This document shows positions 31,036-40,355 of a stretch of 64,000 nucleotides of DNA, piece by piece (positions within the stretch are counted from its first letter, which is position 1; the number at the start of each line of letters is the position of its first letter). Below the pieces are notes generated by a model. It worked only from the letters and a program-made list of their open reading frames with translations, did not search any database and had not been told where the DNA came from. The stretch is from an uncultured Arcobacteraceae bacterium (GTDB lineage: Bacteria; Campylobacterota; Campylobacteria; Campylobacterales; Arcobacteraceae): positions 16,203 through 80,202 of the forward strand of contig CAXHZO010000009.1 in the NCBI GenBank assembly GCA_964022095.1, read 5' to 3'. A program made the position numbers and the translations under genes.

Positions 31036-31938
31036 ATGAACAATTCAAATATTGAAAACCAAATTATTACAATAGATAATATCAAAACAAAAATATACAC
31101 CATTAGAGATCTTCAAGTTATGCTTGATAGTGATTTAGCTTTAATTTACGGTGTAACAACAAAAAGACTAAATGAACAAGTAAAAAGAAATATCGAAAGA
31201 TTCCCTGAAAGTTTTAGATTTCAACTAAATAAATTGGAAAAAAATGAGCTGGTCGCAAAATGCGACCACCTTGAAAATCTAAAATTCTCAACTTCATTAC
31301 CCTACGTTTTCACAGAACAAGGTGTATCTATGCTAAGTGCTGTACTTAAAAGTGAAACTGCTATAAAAACAAGTATAAAAATCATAGAATCATTTGTAAA
31401 TATGCGAAAATTCTTATCTTCAAACAATGAACTCTTTCAAAAAATAGAAACTTTAGAGAAAAGACAAATATCTTATGAAATAAAAAGTGATGAAAAATTT
31501 GAAGAAATATTTAAAGCAATAGAAGAAAAATCTATCAAACCAAAACAAGGAATATTTTTTGAGGGTCAAGTTTATGATGCCTATATATTTATTTCTGATT
31601 TAATCAAAAATGCTAAAAAAAGTATAATCTTGATGGATAATTATATAGATGATTCAGTTTTAACTCTTCTTTCAAAAAGAGATTCAAAAATAACTGCTAT
31701 AATCTATACTAATAATATAAATAAACAACTCCAATTAGATATCAAAAAATATAATCTACAATACCAAAAAATAGAGATAAAAAAATTTACTCTAAGTCAC
31801 GATAGATTTTTAATAATAGATGAAAATGAGATTTATCATATAGGAGCTAGTTTAAAAGACTTAGGCAAAAAATGGTTTGCCTTTTCAAAACTAGATATCA
31901 ATAGTTTTGAACTATTATCAAAGATAAAGGAAGTATAA
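31036..31938 (+). CDS. ORF6N DNA-binding domain protein with C-terminal PLD-like domain
   Basis: IRDLQVMLDSDLALIYGV.TKRLNEQVKRNIERFP..F.FQL, PYVFTEQGVSML (ORF6N); DNYIDD and HDRFLIID..YHIGASLKD (PLD-like). Confidence 0.85.
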   Translation: MNNSNIENQIITIDNIKTKIYTIRDLQVMLDSDLALIYGVTTKRLNEQVKRNIERFPESFRFQLNKLEKNELVAKCDHLENLKFSTSLPYVFTEQGVSMLSAVLKSETAIKTSIKIIESFVNMRKFLSSNNELFQKIETLEKRQISYEIKSDEKFEEIFKAIEEKSIKPKQGIFFEGQVYDAYIFISDLIKNAKKSIILMDNYIDDSVLTLLSKRDSKITAIIYTNNINKQLQLDIKKYNLQYQKIEIKKFTLSHDRFLIIDENEIYHIGASLKDLGKKWFAFSKLDINSFELLSKIKEV

Positions 31939-31939
31939 A

Positions 31940-34042
31940 TTGGAATTAGTTTATTTATGGGTTGAAAAGTATAAAAATATAGAAAATCAAGGCTTTAATT
32001 TCTCTCCTAGATTTGATTGTAATTTTGATAAAAGAACTAATGAAAATGAAAAACTTGATTTAAAAAATAGTATTTTATCAATAAAAGAAAAAAATGATTC
32101 AATAAATTTATATCCTAATAATATTAATGTAACAGCTATTGTTGGAGAAAATGGTAGTGCAAAAAGTACATTAGTTGAATTAATCACTTTCTTTAGAATT
32201 GAGAAAATAGGTAATATATTAGAAAATAAAATCTTAATTTTAGTATTTGAAGAAAATGATACACTATATATTCCTGATATGAATTTTATAGATTTGTCTC
32301 ACTCCTTTGAAAAAATCAATATACAAATTATTAATAAAACTAAATTTAATATTCAAGAAGGGTATACCCATGCAAGTGAACTTTTTGATATCAGTATATT
32401 TTTAAATGATTTAAGTAATTTTACAGACCAATCTAAAATACATGAATCTTTAAAAATTGATAAATATGAAAGTTTATATAATGGCTATCATATCTTGTAT
32501 GAAAATGATACAAAAGACTATTCTTTAATCCAAAAAGAGTTTGATGCAAAATATGCGTTTATAAATTCTAAAGATGATAAATTTTTTCACTTTCTAAACG
32601 AAAAATTCTTGTTTAGTAAAATGAGTATAAATATTGATGTTGAAAGTTTAGTCAATTTTAATTTTTTAAATGAAGAAGACAAAGATATTTTCAAAGAAAT
32701 AAAAAAATATTTTTATGATTTTTCAGGTTATACTCTGTCTGAAGAAGCTTTAATTTATAAAAAAGATTATGAAAATAGATATACATCAGAATATTCAAAA
32801 ATACAAAAAGAATATCTAATTTATAAAATGACATCTTTTTTACAAATAAAAAACTATTATCGTCTTATAAACAATTTTTCTAGAGATTTTAAAGAAGGAA
32901 TTCTAAAAGAAAAATATCTAAAAAATGTATTTAAAGAAATTGAAATTCAAATTACTCCTTTTTCTCCTTCACAAAATATAAAAAGTTCATATAATATATT
33001 AGAAAAAAAAAGATTAAGCATATCGTATTTCAATAACTTAATAATTAATTTAAATAAAGCTTTTAATTACATTGATAAATCATTTATTGATTTATTTAAA
33101 GATAAAAAGGGCTTATTAAAAGACTACAAAAGCTTTAGAAAGGAATTAATAAAATTCAATCACTATAAAACTTTTATAAAAATAGTTAGTAAAAACTTTA
33201 AGCTTGTTCAAGACCGACCAAAAGATATTTTATCAATTAAATTTGATAAAATTTCATCCTCAATTATAAACAATTTTAATAAGAAATTAAATAAAAATAT
33301 AAATTTTGCAACTTTATATAATTCTGGTCAACTCTATATGAATTTTCTACATGAAACTAATGATAACTACACATATCAGAATTTAAGCACTGGAGAAAAA
33401 TCATTATTAAAATTCTTAGTAAACTTTGTCTTCACTATAAATAATTTAGATTATTCAAAAAGATCAGTAATTTTCTTTGATGAAATTGAATGTAGTCTTC
33501 ATCCAATTTGGCAAAAAAAGATATTTAATATTATTTTGAAACTAATATCAAAAAAGATGTTTATAGAAAATAAAACTAAATGGCACTTTATATTTTTAAC
33601 TCATTCCCCTTTTATATTATCAGATATACCTAAAGAGAATGTAGTTTTTCTTAAAAATGGTAAACAAGAATATCCATTTAAAGAAAATGAACAAACTTTT
33701 GGAGCAAATATTCATACTCTTTTATCTCATGGTTTCTTTATGGAAGATGGTCTTATGGGAGAGTTTGCAAAAAGCAAAATTGAAGCTATAAAAAACTTTT
33801 ATGACGATGTTAAAAAATCTGAAAATCCAAAAGATGAATTTTTAGAAAAATATATAAGCAATATTGAAGAATTTAAAAATATTCAAAAAATTATTGGTGA
33901 ACCATTTTTGAAAACAATTATAGGTAATTATCTTGAAGAATTAGAGTTGATTCTTTCTGATGAAGATTTAATCAATAAAGAACTAAAAGAACTAAAATCT
34001 AGAATAACACATTTAAAGAAGTTACGAAATGACAAAAATTAA
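31940..34042 (+). CDS. ABC/AAA_21-type ATPase, PtuA-like (TTG start)
   Basis: Walker A GENGSAKST, signature LSTGEK, Walker B FFDEIECSLHP, H-loop THSPF, TFGANIH. Confidence 0.85.
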   Translation: MELVYLWVEKYKNIENQGFNFSPRFDCNFDKRTNENEKLDLKNSILSIKEKNDSINLYPNNINVTAIVGENGSAKSTLVELITFFRIEKIGNILENKILILVFEENDTLYIPDMNFIDLSHSFEKINIQIINKTKFNIQEGYTHASELFDISIFLNDLSNFTDQSKIHESLKIDKYESLYNGYHILYENDTKDYSLIQKEFDAKYAFINSKDDKFFHFLNEKFLFSKMSINIDVESLVNFNFLNEEDKDIFKEIKKYFYDFSGYTLSEEALIYKKDYENRYTSEYSKIQKEYLIYKMTSFLQIKNYYRLINNFSRDFKEGILKEKYLKNVFKEIEIQITPFSPSQNIKSSYNILEKKRLSISYFNNLIINLNKAFNYIDKSFIDLFKDKKGLLKDYKSFRKELIKFNHYKTFIKIVSKNFKLVQDRPKDILSIKFDKISSSIINNFNKKLNKNINFATLYNSGQLYMNFLHETNDNYTYQNLSTGEKSLLKFLVNFVFTINNLDYSKRSVIFFDEIECSLHPIWQKKIFNIILKLISKKMFIENKTKWHFIFLTHSPFILSDIPKENVVFLKNGKQEYPFKENEQTFGANIHTLLSHGFFMEDGLMGEFAKSKIEAIKNFYDDVKKSENPKDEFLEKYISNIEEFKNIQKIIGEPFLKTIIGNYLEELELILSDEDLINKELKELKSRITHLKKLRNDKN

Positions 34043-34976
34043 CTATCCAAAAGATTTTGATAGAAATAAATATTATGAGAAGATATCAAAAAAATATTTC
34101 TATATTAGTAAAAATGAATATTTAAAATTTAAAATTAAATCTCATTCAACTGATAAAATTACACTTGAAGAGATTTTCAATTATTTTAAAACAAATAAAA
34201 TAGAAAATTTTCACACTATTTTCAAAGATATCAGTTTTAAATATTTGCTGATTGGAAACTTTCTTATATTAAAAAAAATAAAAAAATATCTTAAATCAAT
34301 AAAAGGAAATAAAGGCATTGATTTCCTGTTTAATTATACTTCTTTACAAAGTAAAAAAATCAAACCTTTTTTTGAAGATAATCTCTTAATTTCAACTTGT
34401 TATTACTGTAATATTGACTTTATAAATGTTTACTCTAAGAAAAAAAGAAAAAAAAATAAATTTACACTAGACCATTATTTTGATAAATTTACTTACTCTT
34501 ATTTAGCGTTATCTCTTTATAATTTTGTTCCTAGTTGTTATACATGTAATAGTAAACTAAAAGGTACTATTGAGTTTAATAATTTATCTCCAACTTCTAA
34601 AAAATACAACTTCAATGAAAAAGTAAGATTCAAAATAAAGTTATCGAGTAATTGTAAACATTTAGATATTAAAGATAAAACAGATATTGATTTAGAATTA
34701 AAAGAAAGCTATTCAAAAGACTATAAAGACTTTATTGAAAAAATGTTTTTAAATGAAAGGTATGAAGTTCATAAAGACTTAGTCTTTGATATGATTAAAA
34801 AAGCAGAACTATATCCAGAAAGCAGATTAAAAGAGTTACAAAACCTAACTGGAATGCCATTTCAACAAATAAAAAAAGATATTTTTAATTTAATTGACGA
34901 AAATGAAGATTTATCAAAAAAACCTTTTAGTAAACTAATCAAAGATATTAGTGAAGAATTAGGATTAATAAAATGA
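34029..34976 (+). CDS. HNH endonuclease, PtuB-like
   Basis: CYYCN...LDHYFDK...YNFVPSCYTCN zinc-bound HNH motif; overlaps the ATPase stop. Confidence 0.83.
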   Translation: MTKINYPKDFDRNKYYEKISKKYFYISKNEYLKFKIKSHSTDKITLEEIFNYFKTNKIENFHTIFKDISFKYLLIGNFLILKKIKKYLKSIKGNKGIDFLFNYTSLQSKKIKPFFEDNLLISTCYYCNIDFINVYSKKKRKKNKFTLDHYFDKFTYSYLALSLYNFVPSCYTCNSKLKGTIEFNNLSPTSKKYNFNEKVRFKIKLSSNCKHLDIKDKTDIDLELKESYSKDYKDFIEKMFLNERYEVHKDLVFDMIKKAELYPESRLKELQNLTGMPFQQIKKDIFNLIDENEDLSKKPFSKLIKDISEELGLIK

Positions 34977-35821
34977 TTGAAATAAACATAGAAAAACAAT
35001 TGCATGGTTCACAAGGACAAATGAACTTAGATATAGATTTACAAATACAAAATGGTGATTTTATAGCTCTAAGTGGTCTTAGTGGTAGTGGTAAAACTAC
35101 ACTTTTAAGAATCATTGCAGGTCTAGAAGAAGCAAGTGGAACTATAAAAATAGATGATGAAATTTGGCTAGATGAAAGACACAATCTTGCAGTTCAAAAA
35201 AGAAAAATCGGTTTTGTATTTCAAGATTATGCACTATTTACTAATATGTCAGTAATGCAAAATCTTCTTTATGTTTCAAATGATAAAAAATTAGCAAGTG
35301 ACTTACTAGAAATCACAGAACTAAGTGAACTAAAAAATAGAATGCCAAATACTTTAAGTGGTGGACAAAAACAGCGAGTTAGTTTATGTAGAGCCATGAT
35401 GAATAAACCAAAACTACTACTTATGGATGAACCCCTTTCAGCACTTGATCCAGCTATGAGAACAAAACTACAAAGTGAAATTTTGCAACTTCACAAAGAG
35501 TTTAATACAACTACAATAATGGTAAGCCACGATCCAAGTGAGATTTATAGACTTAGCAATAGAGTTATAGTTTTACAACAAGGTAAAATCATAGATGATG
35601 GAGATGCTAGAAAAGTACTACTTAAAACAAATGGTAGTGCAAAATTCTCTTTTGAAGGAGAATTACTAGAAATCATAAAAGTTGATGTAATCTCAATTGC
35701 TATTGTATCAATAGGTCAACAAATAGTTGAAATTGTAATTAGTCACGAAGAAGCTTCAAATCTAAGTTTAGGACAAAAAGTAAATGTAAGCACAAAAGCA
35801 TTTGCACCACTAATTGATTAA
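34973..35821 (+). CDS. modC: Molybdate ABC transporter ATP-binding protein
   Basis: GLSGSGKTT, FQDYALF, LSGGQKQRV, LLMDEP, C-terminal TOBE-like domain. Confidence 0.92.
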   Translation: MIEINIEKQLHGSQGQMNLDIDLQIQNGDFIALSGLSGSGKTTLLRIIAGLEEASGTIKIDDEIWLDERHNLAVQKRKIGFVFQDYALFTNMSVMQNLLYVSNDKKLASDLLEITELSELKNRMPNTLSGGQKQRVSLCRAMMNKPKLLLMDEPLSALDPAMRTKLQSEILQLHKEFNTTTIMVSHDPSEIYRLSNRVIVLQQGKIIDDGDARKVLLKTNGSAKFSFEGELLEIIKVDVISIAIVSIGQQIVEIVISHEEASNLSLGQKVNVSTKAFAPLID

Positions 35822-35835
35822 AAAAGTCTTTATAT

Positions 35836-36252
35836 CTATATCACCAAATAAGCTAAAAAAAGATATCTTAAAAATTTGGCAATTACTACAAGTACAATAA
35901 ATTTTTTAATATCATATTTTAAAACTCCAGCAATAAATGTAATAGGATCTCCAATTATTGGAAGCCATGAAAACAAAAGTGTAAAAGCTCCATATTTATC
36001 GAAAAACTTTTTAGAGACTTTTATATATTTCTCTTTAATATAGTTTTTTTGCACTAAGTACTCTTCACCTTTTAATCCTATAAAGTAATTTACAAGTGAA
36101 CCCAAGCTATTTCCAAGTGTTGCAAAAAATAAAAGTAAATAAATATTATAGCCTTGAGTAATATCATAAATAAGTAAAGCTTCACTTCCAAGTGGAAATA
36201 AAGTAGCTGAAATAAAGGCTGTAAAAAAGAGTGTTATATATATCATTAACAT
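35836..36252 (-). CDS. YqaA/DedA-family membrane protein
   Basis: FISATLFPLGSE, LFSWLPIIGDP, AKFLRY. Confidence 0.88.
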   Translation of the reverse strand: MLMIYITLFFTAFISATLFPLGSEALLIYDITQGYNIYLLLFFATLGNSLGSLVNYFIGLKGEEYLVQKNYIKEKYIKVSKKFFDKYGAFTLLFSWLPIIGDPITFIAGVLKYDIKKFIVLVVIAKFLRYLFLAYLVI

Positions 36253-36343
36253 AAATTATAACTGTTTTATGCTAAATTAAAGTTTGTTTAAATATAATAG
36301 CGAACTCAAAAGAGGAACACTGAGAATATATTGGTATTTTCAA

Positions 36344-36450
36344 TGCTCTTCTTTAGCCCCTTACAAGCATTACTAGAGACAACGCCCCAGGATGGGAACA
36401 TAGCAAGGCACCTCTTTTATTGTTGTGTTTGGGTACCTGGAGAAGAGTGC
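36344..36450 (+). ncRNA. ffs: SRP (4.5S) RNA
   Basis: Helix-8 motif CCAGG-ATG-GGAA-CAT-AGCA. The 5' GCTCTTCT pairs with the 3' AGAAGAGT in a long rod. TATAAT at 36293-36298 and an AGTGC..GCACTTTTTT terminator. Ends are approximate. Confidence 0.85.
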
Positions 36451-36569
36451 TATCAAAAAGCACTTTTTTCAAACTACTTAAATTTAATCAATCAATAACA
36501 AAATTTCAAAATAAAAACTTCATAAACCACATAAAAATTAGTATAATTAATTCAAAAAAGGAAACTTTT

Positions 36570-37454
36570 ATGAAAGTAGGATTTATTGGATTAGGAATCA
36601 TGGGTAAACCTATGGCTAAAAACCTAATAAAAGCAGGATATGAACTAATCGTTACAAATAGAAGTAAAGCCTCTGTAAAAGAATTAGAAGCTTCTGGTGC
36701 CATTGCCGTTAGCTTGCCAAAAGAAGTTGCTCAACAATGTGATGTGATTATTACTATGCTTCCAAATTCACCACAAGTAAAAGAGGTGATTTTAGGGAAT
36801 AATGGAGTTATTGAAGGAGCTAAGGAAGGTACAACAATTATTGATATGAGTTCAATTGCTCCATTAGCTTCTCAGGAAATTTCAAAAGAACTAGCTAAAA
36901 AAGGTATTGAGTTATTAGATTCTCCTGTAAGTGGTGGTGAACCAAAAGCAATTGAGGGGACACTATCAGTTATGGTTGGTGGGAAAAAAGAAGTATTTGA
37001 TAAATACTATGATTTAATGATGGCAATGGCTGGATCTGTAGTTTATACAGGAAAAGTTGGTGCAGGTAATACTACAAAATTAGCAAATCAAATAATTGTA
37101 GCACTAAATATCGCCGCTATGTGTGAAGCTTTAGTATTAGCTACAAAAGCAGGAGTTGAACCTGAACTTGTATATCAAGCAATAAAAGGTGGATTAGCTG
37201 GAAGTACTGTTTTAGATGCAAAAGCTCCATTAGCCATGGATAGAAAATTTGATCCTGGATTTAAAATTAATTTACATATAAAAGACTTGCAAAATGCACT
37301 AGATACTGCACATGAAATAGGTGCTCCTGTTCAAATGACAGCTGCTGTTATGGAAATCATGCAAGCGATGAAAGCCCAAGGTGAAGATCATTTAGACCAT
37401 GGTGCAATAATAAAATACTATGAGAGATTAGCAAAAGTCGAAGTTAAAAGATAA
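36570..37454 (+). CDS. garR: 2-hydroxy-3-oxopropionate (tartronate semialdehyde) reductase; real start is the ATG at 36570
   Basis: MKVGFIGLGIMGKPMAKNL, MLPNSPQV, SGGEPKAI.GTL, GGLAGSTVLDAKAP, LHIKDL.NALDT; AAGGA RBS. Confidence 0.88.
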   Translation: MKVGFIGLGIMGKPMAKNLIKAGYELIVTNRSKASVKELEASGAIAVSLPKEVAQQCDVIITMLPNSPQVKEVILGNNGVIEGAKEGTTIIDMSSIAPLASQEISKELAKKGIELLDSPVSGGEPKAIEGTLSVMVGGKKEVFDKYYDLMMAMAGSVVYTGKVGAGNTTKLANQIIVALNIAAMCEALVLATKAGVEPELVYQAIKGGLAGSTVLDAKAPLAMDRKFDPGFKINLHIKDLQNALDTAHEIGAPVQMTAAVMEIMQAMKAQGEDHLDHGAIIKYYERLAKVEVKR

Positions 37455-37481
37455 ATATACCTTTTTAGGTATATTTTAAAA

Positions 37482-38111
37482 CTATACTAAATCCGCAAAA
37501 TCCGCATTTAAAATCAGTAATTTCTTTTCACTTTTATTATAAATAAATCTATAATCACTATTTTTGATAGCTCTAAATATAATATATTTTATCTCTTGTT
37601 CACTTTTATTGTTTCTTTTCATAAATGCAAAAAACTCTTTTAGTGTGATAAATGTTGTTTTCTCTTTGTTTTGTTCTTTATTTATTGGTTGCTGCTGTAT
37701 TTGAGGTTTATATATAGCTCTCATTTCATTAAAAGCACTTTGTAAAAGTTTTATTTCTGAATCAAATACTTCGATTATTTTATTTTGATTCTTCTCTAAT
37801 CTATTAATCTCAGATGTATACTGTTTTTTCATCCATTTTATAGATTTTTTTAATAAAACTATTTGTTCATTTTTTACTTCAATGATTGATTCTATTTCTT
37901 TATATTTCACGTCATTTGTATTGTTTACAACAGTTTGTGTAGCATGAGTTTGTGGAGGTACTTTTGAGTGAATTTGTTCATCTATATAAACGTATGTTTT
38001 ACCAGATTGTTTTATAGATTTTAATTGATTTTTTTTAATTCTATAGTGAATACCTTGTAAAGATAAGCCCAGTATTTCTGCAGCTTGAGAAGTAGTAACT
38101 AATCTTTCCAA
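37482..38111 (-). CDS. DNA-binding protein with N-terminal MerR/excisionase-like HTH and coiled coil (TTG start)
   Basis: TTSQAAEILGLSLQGIHYRIKKNQL HTH; heptad-rich central region. Confidence 0.75.
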   Translation of the reverse strand: MERLVTTSQAAEILGLSLQGIHYRIKKNQLKSIKQSGKTYVYIDEQIHSKVPPQTHATQTVVNNTNDVKYKEIESIIEVKNEQIVLLKKSIKWMKKQYTSEINRLEKNQNKIIEVFDSEIKLLQSAFNEMRAIYKPQIQQQPINKEQNKEKTTFITLKEFFAFMKRNNKSEQEIKYIIFRAIKNSDYRFIYNKSEKKLLILNADFADLV

Positions 38112-38121
38112 GGTTTATTCC

Positions 38122-38505
38122 TTACATTTTTGCACTATCTATTTCAATAACAGTATGTACATTTCCTCTTGGTTTAAAGTCAGCAATAACTTTCATCCAT
38201 TTTGGTTGAAGTTTATTATATAAAGTATCAAAAATTTCATTAGCTGAGTTTTCATGAGAAACTTCTCTAAACATAAACGTATTAATATAGATTTTTAATG
38301 CTTTTAACTCAATTACTAATTTATTAGGAGTATACTCTAAATAAATCGTTGCAAAGTCTGGATAACCACTTCTTGGACATTTTGCCATGAATTCTGGTAA
38401 TTCAATTTTTATTACATAATTTTTTTCATTTTGATTTGGCCAAAAATTCTCGTCACTATTGATATCAAAGTCTCGAATCTCTTTTTCACCATATTTAATT
38501 TCCAT
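38122..38505 (-). CDS. queF: NADPH-dependent preQ0 reductase
   Basis: PEFMAKCPRSGYPDFA, ELKALK.Y, SHE, PRGN. Confidence 0.95.
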   Translation of the reverse strand: MEIKYGEKEIRDFDINSDENFWPNQNEKNYVIKIELPEFMAKCPRSGYPDFATIYLEYTPNKLVIELKALKIYINTFMFREVSHENSANEIFDTLYNKLQPKWMKVIADFKPRGNVHTVIEIDSAKM

Positions 38506-38611
38506 ATTTTTTATAACCTTTTATATCTTTAATTTTAGGCCATTTTATCTAAAAATCCCTTACAAATATAGCACAAATAAAAAATGAAGTATTTATACAT
38601 TAAAATTAAAT

Positions 38612-39466
38612 ATGAAAGAATTACTAGAAGTTGAATTTTTAGATAGTTTAAAAGATTATGGCTTTGAGATTGCAAGCTTTAATGAGTTGTTTAAAAATAT
38701 AGATTTAAATACTCATTTTATGACAAAACCTCATAGAATAAAATTTTATCATATCTTGTACTTTACAAAATCAAATGACTATCACTATATTGATTTTAAA
38801 AACTATAAAATAGAAGATAATACCTTACTTTTTTTATCAAAAGATCAAGTTCATAGTTTTAGTAAAACAGCAAATTATGAAGGTTTTGTAATACTTCTTA
38901 CTGATGAATTTTTAAAAAGAAACCTGTTAAACTTAGAAAAATCAATGTTTAATATTCTCCTTAAACCTTCAATTATAGAAGATGCCTCTTCAATATATAA
39001 ATTTTTATTTGAACAACTATATAATGATTATAAAAACAACTCTTCATATAAAGAGAAATTAAATGGTACCTTATTTAACTATATAATTTTAAAAGCTCAA
39101 GAAGATATCTCAAAACAAAACCTATCAAATATAAATGAAAAATATACACTAATATATAATAAATTCAAAAACCTTCTTTATAGTAATTACTATAAAAACA
39201 GAAGTGTGAACTTTTATAGTGATTTACTAAAAATCACACCAAAACACCTAAATGTAATATGTAAAGAGCATTCAAAACTAAATACAAAACAGATAATTGA
39301 CAACTACATAATCTTAGAATCAAAAAGAAGACTTATAAGTACAAACAAAGCTATAAAAGAGATTTCATATGAATTAGGTTTTATAGAAACTACAAATTTT
39401 ATAAAATATTTTAAAAAACACACTAATATATCGCCTAGTTCTTTTAGGCAAAGTCATAGTATCTAG
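38612..39466 (+). CDS. AraC-family transcriptional regulator
   Basis: PHR..FY cupin N-terminus; IKEISYELGF.ETTNFIKYFKKHT..SPSSFR HTH. Confidence 0.92.
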   Translation: MKELLEVEFLDSLKDYGFEIASFNELFKNIDLNTHFMTKPHRIKFYHILYFTKSNDYHYIDFKNYKIEDNTLLFLSKDQVHSFSKTANYEGFVILLTDEFLKRNLLNLEKSMFNILLKPSIIEDASSIYKFLFEQLYNDYKNNSSYKEKLNGTLFNYIILKAQEDISKQNLSNINEKYTLIYNKFKNLLYSNYYKNRSVNFYSDLLKITPKHLNVICKEHSKLNTKQIIDNYIILESKRRLISTNKAIKEISYELGFIETTNFIKYFKKHTNISPSSFRQSHSI

Positions 39467-39556
39467 TTCGATTTTTACCATTTTTAAATCATTTTTAACC
39501 TTTATTATCAATTCTAATGGGTATATAATTACTTAAAATTACCATAGGAGTAGAAA

Positions 39557-40240
39557 ATGAAATTAAAAAATTTATTAACAGTTTTCCTTTTAATTATAGG
39601 AATAAACACTTTAGCAAGTGAATTATCAAACAAAGAAAAAACAGTTTTAGTTTTGGAAAAAGCTTTCAATAAAAATCAAGATAGAAGTGTATTAAAATAT
39701 GTGAGTGATAAAAAGTATATTCAACATAATTTACAAGCAGCAAATGGGAAAAATGGATTAGTAGGATATTTAGATTACCTAAAAGGTAAAGATATCGAAA
39801 CTAAAGTTATAAGAGCATTTGAGGACAATAATTATGTAGTAGCTCAAACTTTATCAAAATATGAAAATAGTTATTCTCACATAATCGATATTTTTAGATT
39901 TGAAAATGGCTTAATGGTAGAACACTGGGATAATATTGAGACTATAAAAAACAAAGATTTAGTAAATAATTTTCCTACAAGTATAAAAGATATTGAAAAA
40001 ACAAAATCAAATAAAGATATTGTAAAAAAACATATCAATAACAAAGAGTATGGGAAAAATCATCTATTATTAGGTAAAGGTGAGTTTGTTTTAGCAGTAA
40101 ATAAAACAAAATCAAACGCTAAAGAGATTGCACTTTATGAACTATTTTTTGTAGAAAATAGTAAAATAAAGAAAAGTTGGAAAATCCAAGAAGAGATTTT
40201 ACCAAAAGATAAATGGCAAAATAATAATGGTAAATTTTAA
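39557..40240 (+). CDS. Exported SnoaL/NTF2-like protein
   Basis: Signal peptide; YIQHN...G, DIFRFENGLMVEHWD; degenerate second repeat ending NNNGKF. Confidence 0.8.
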   Translation: MKLKNLLTVFLLIIGINTLASELSNKEKTVLVLEKAFNKNQDRSVLKYVSDKKYIQHNLQAANGKNGLVGYLDYLKGKDIETKVIRAFEDNNYVVAQTLSKYENSYSHIIDIFRFENGLMVEHWDNIETIKNKDLVNNFPTSIKDIEKTKSNKDIVKKHINNKEYGKNHLLLGKGEFVLAVNKTKSNAKEIALYELFFVENSKIKKSWKIQEEILPKDKWQNNNGKF

Positions 40241-40355
40241 ATAATAATTTTCTTATAGTTAATATATTAAGTTATTTATTGAATAATAATTGGTATTTAA
40301 GTATAATCGCTATACTTATGCTATAAAACTAATATAAAAACTATAAGAAGGTAAC

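Noticed and set aside
31940-34976. Retron type I-A (PtuAB effector)
   Set aside because: No reverse transcriptase and no room for an msr-msd ncRNA; the upstream gap is only 77 bp of AT-rich sequence.
36420-36569. N-terminal 50-aa extension of GarR in the ORF track
   Set aside because: Overlaps the SRP RNA and its terminator; the RBS and homology start at 36570.
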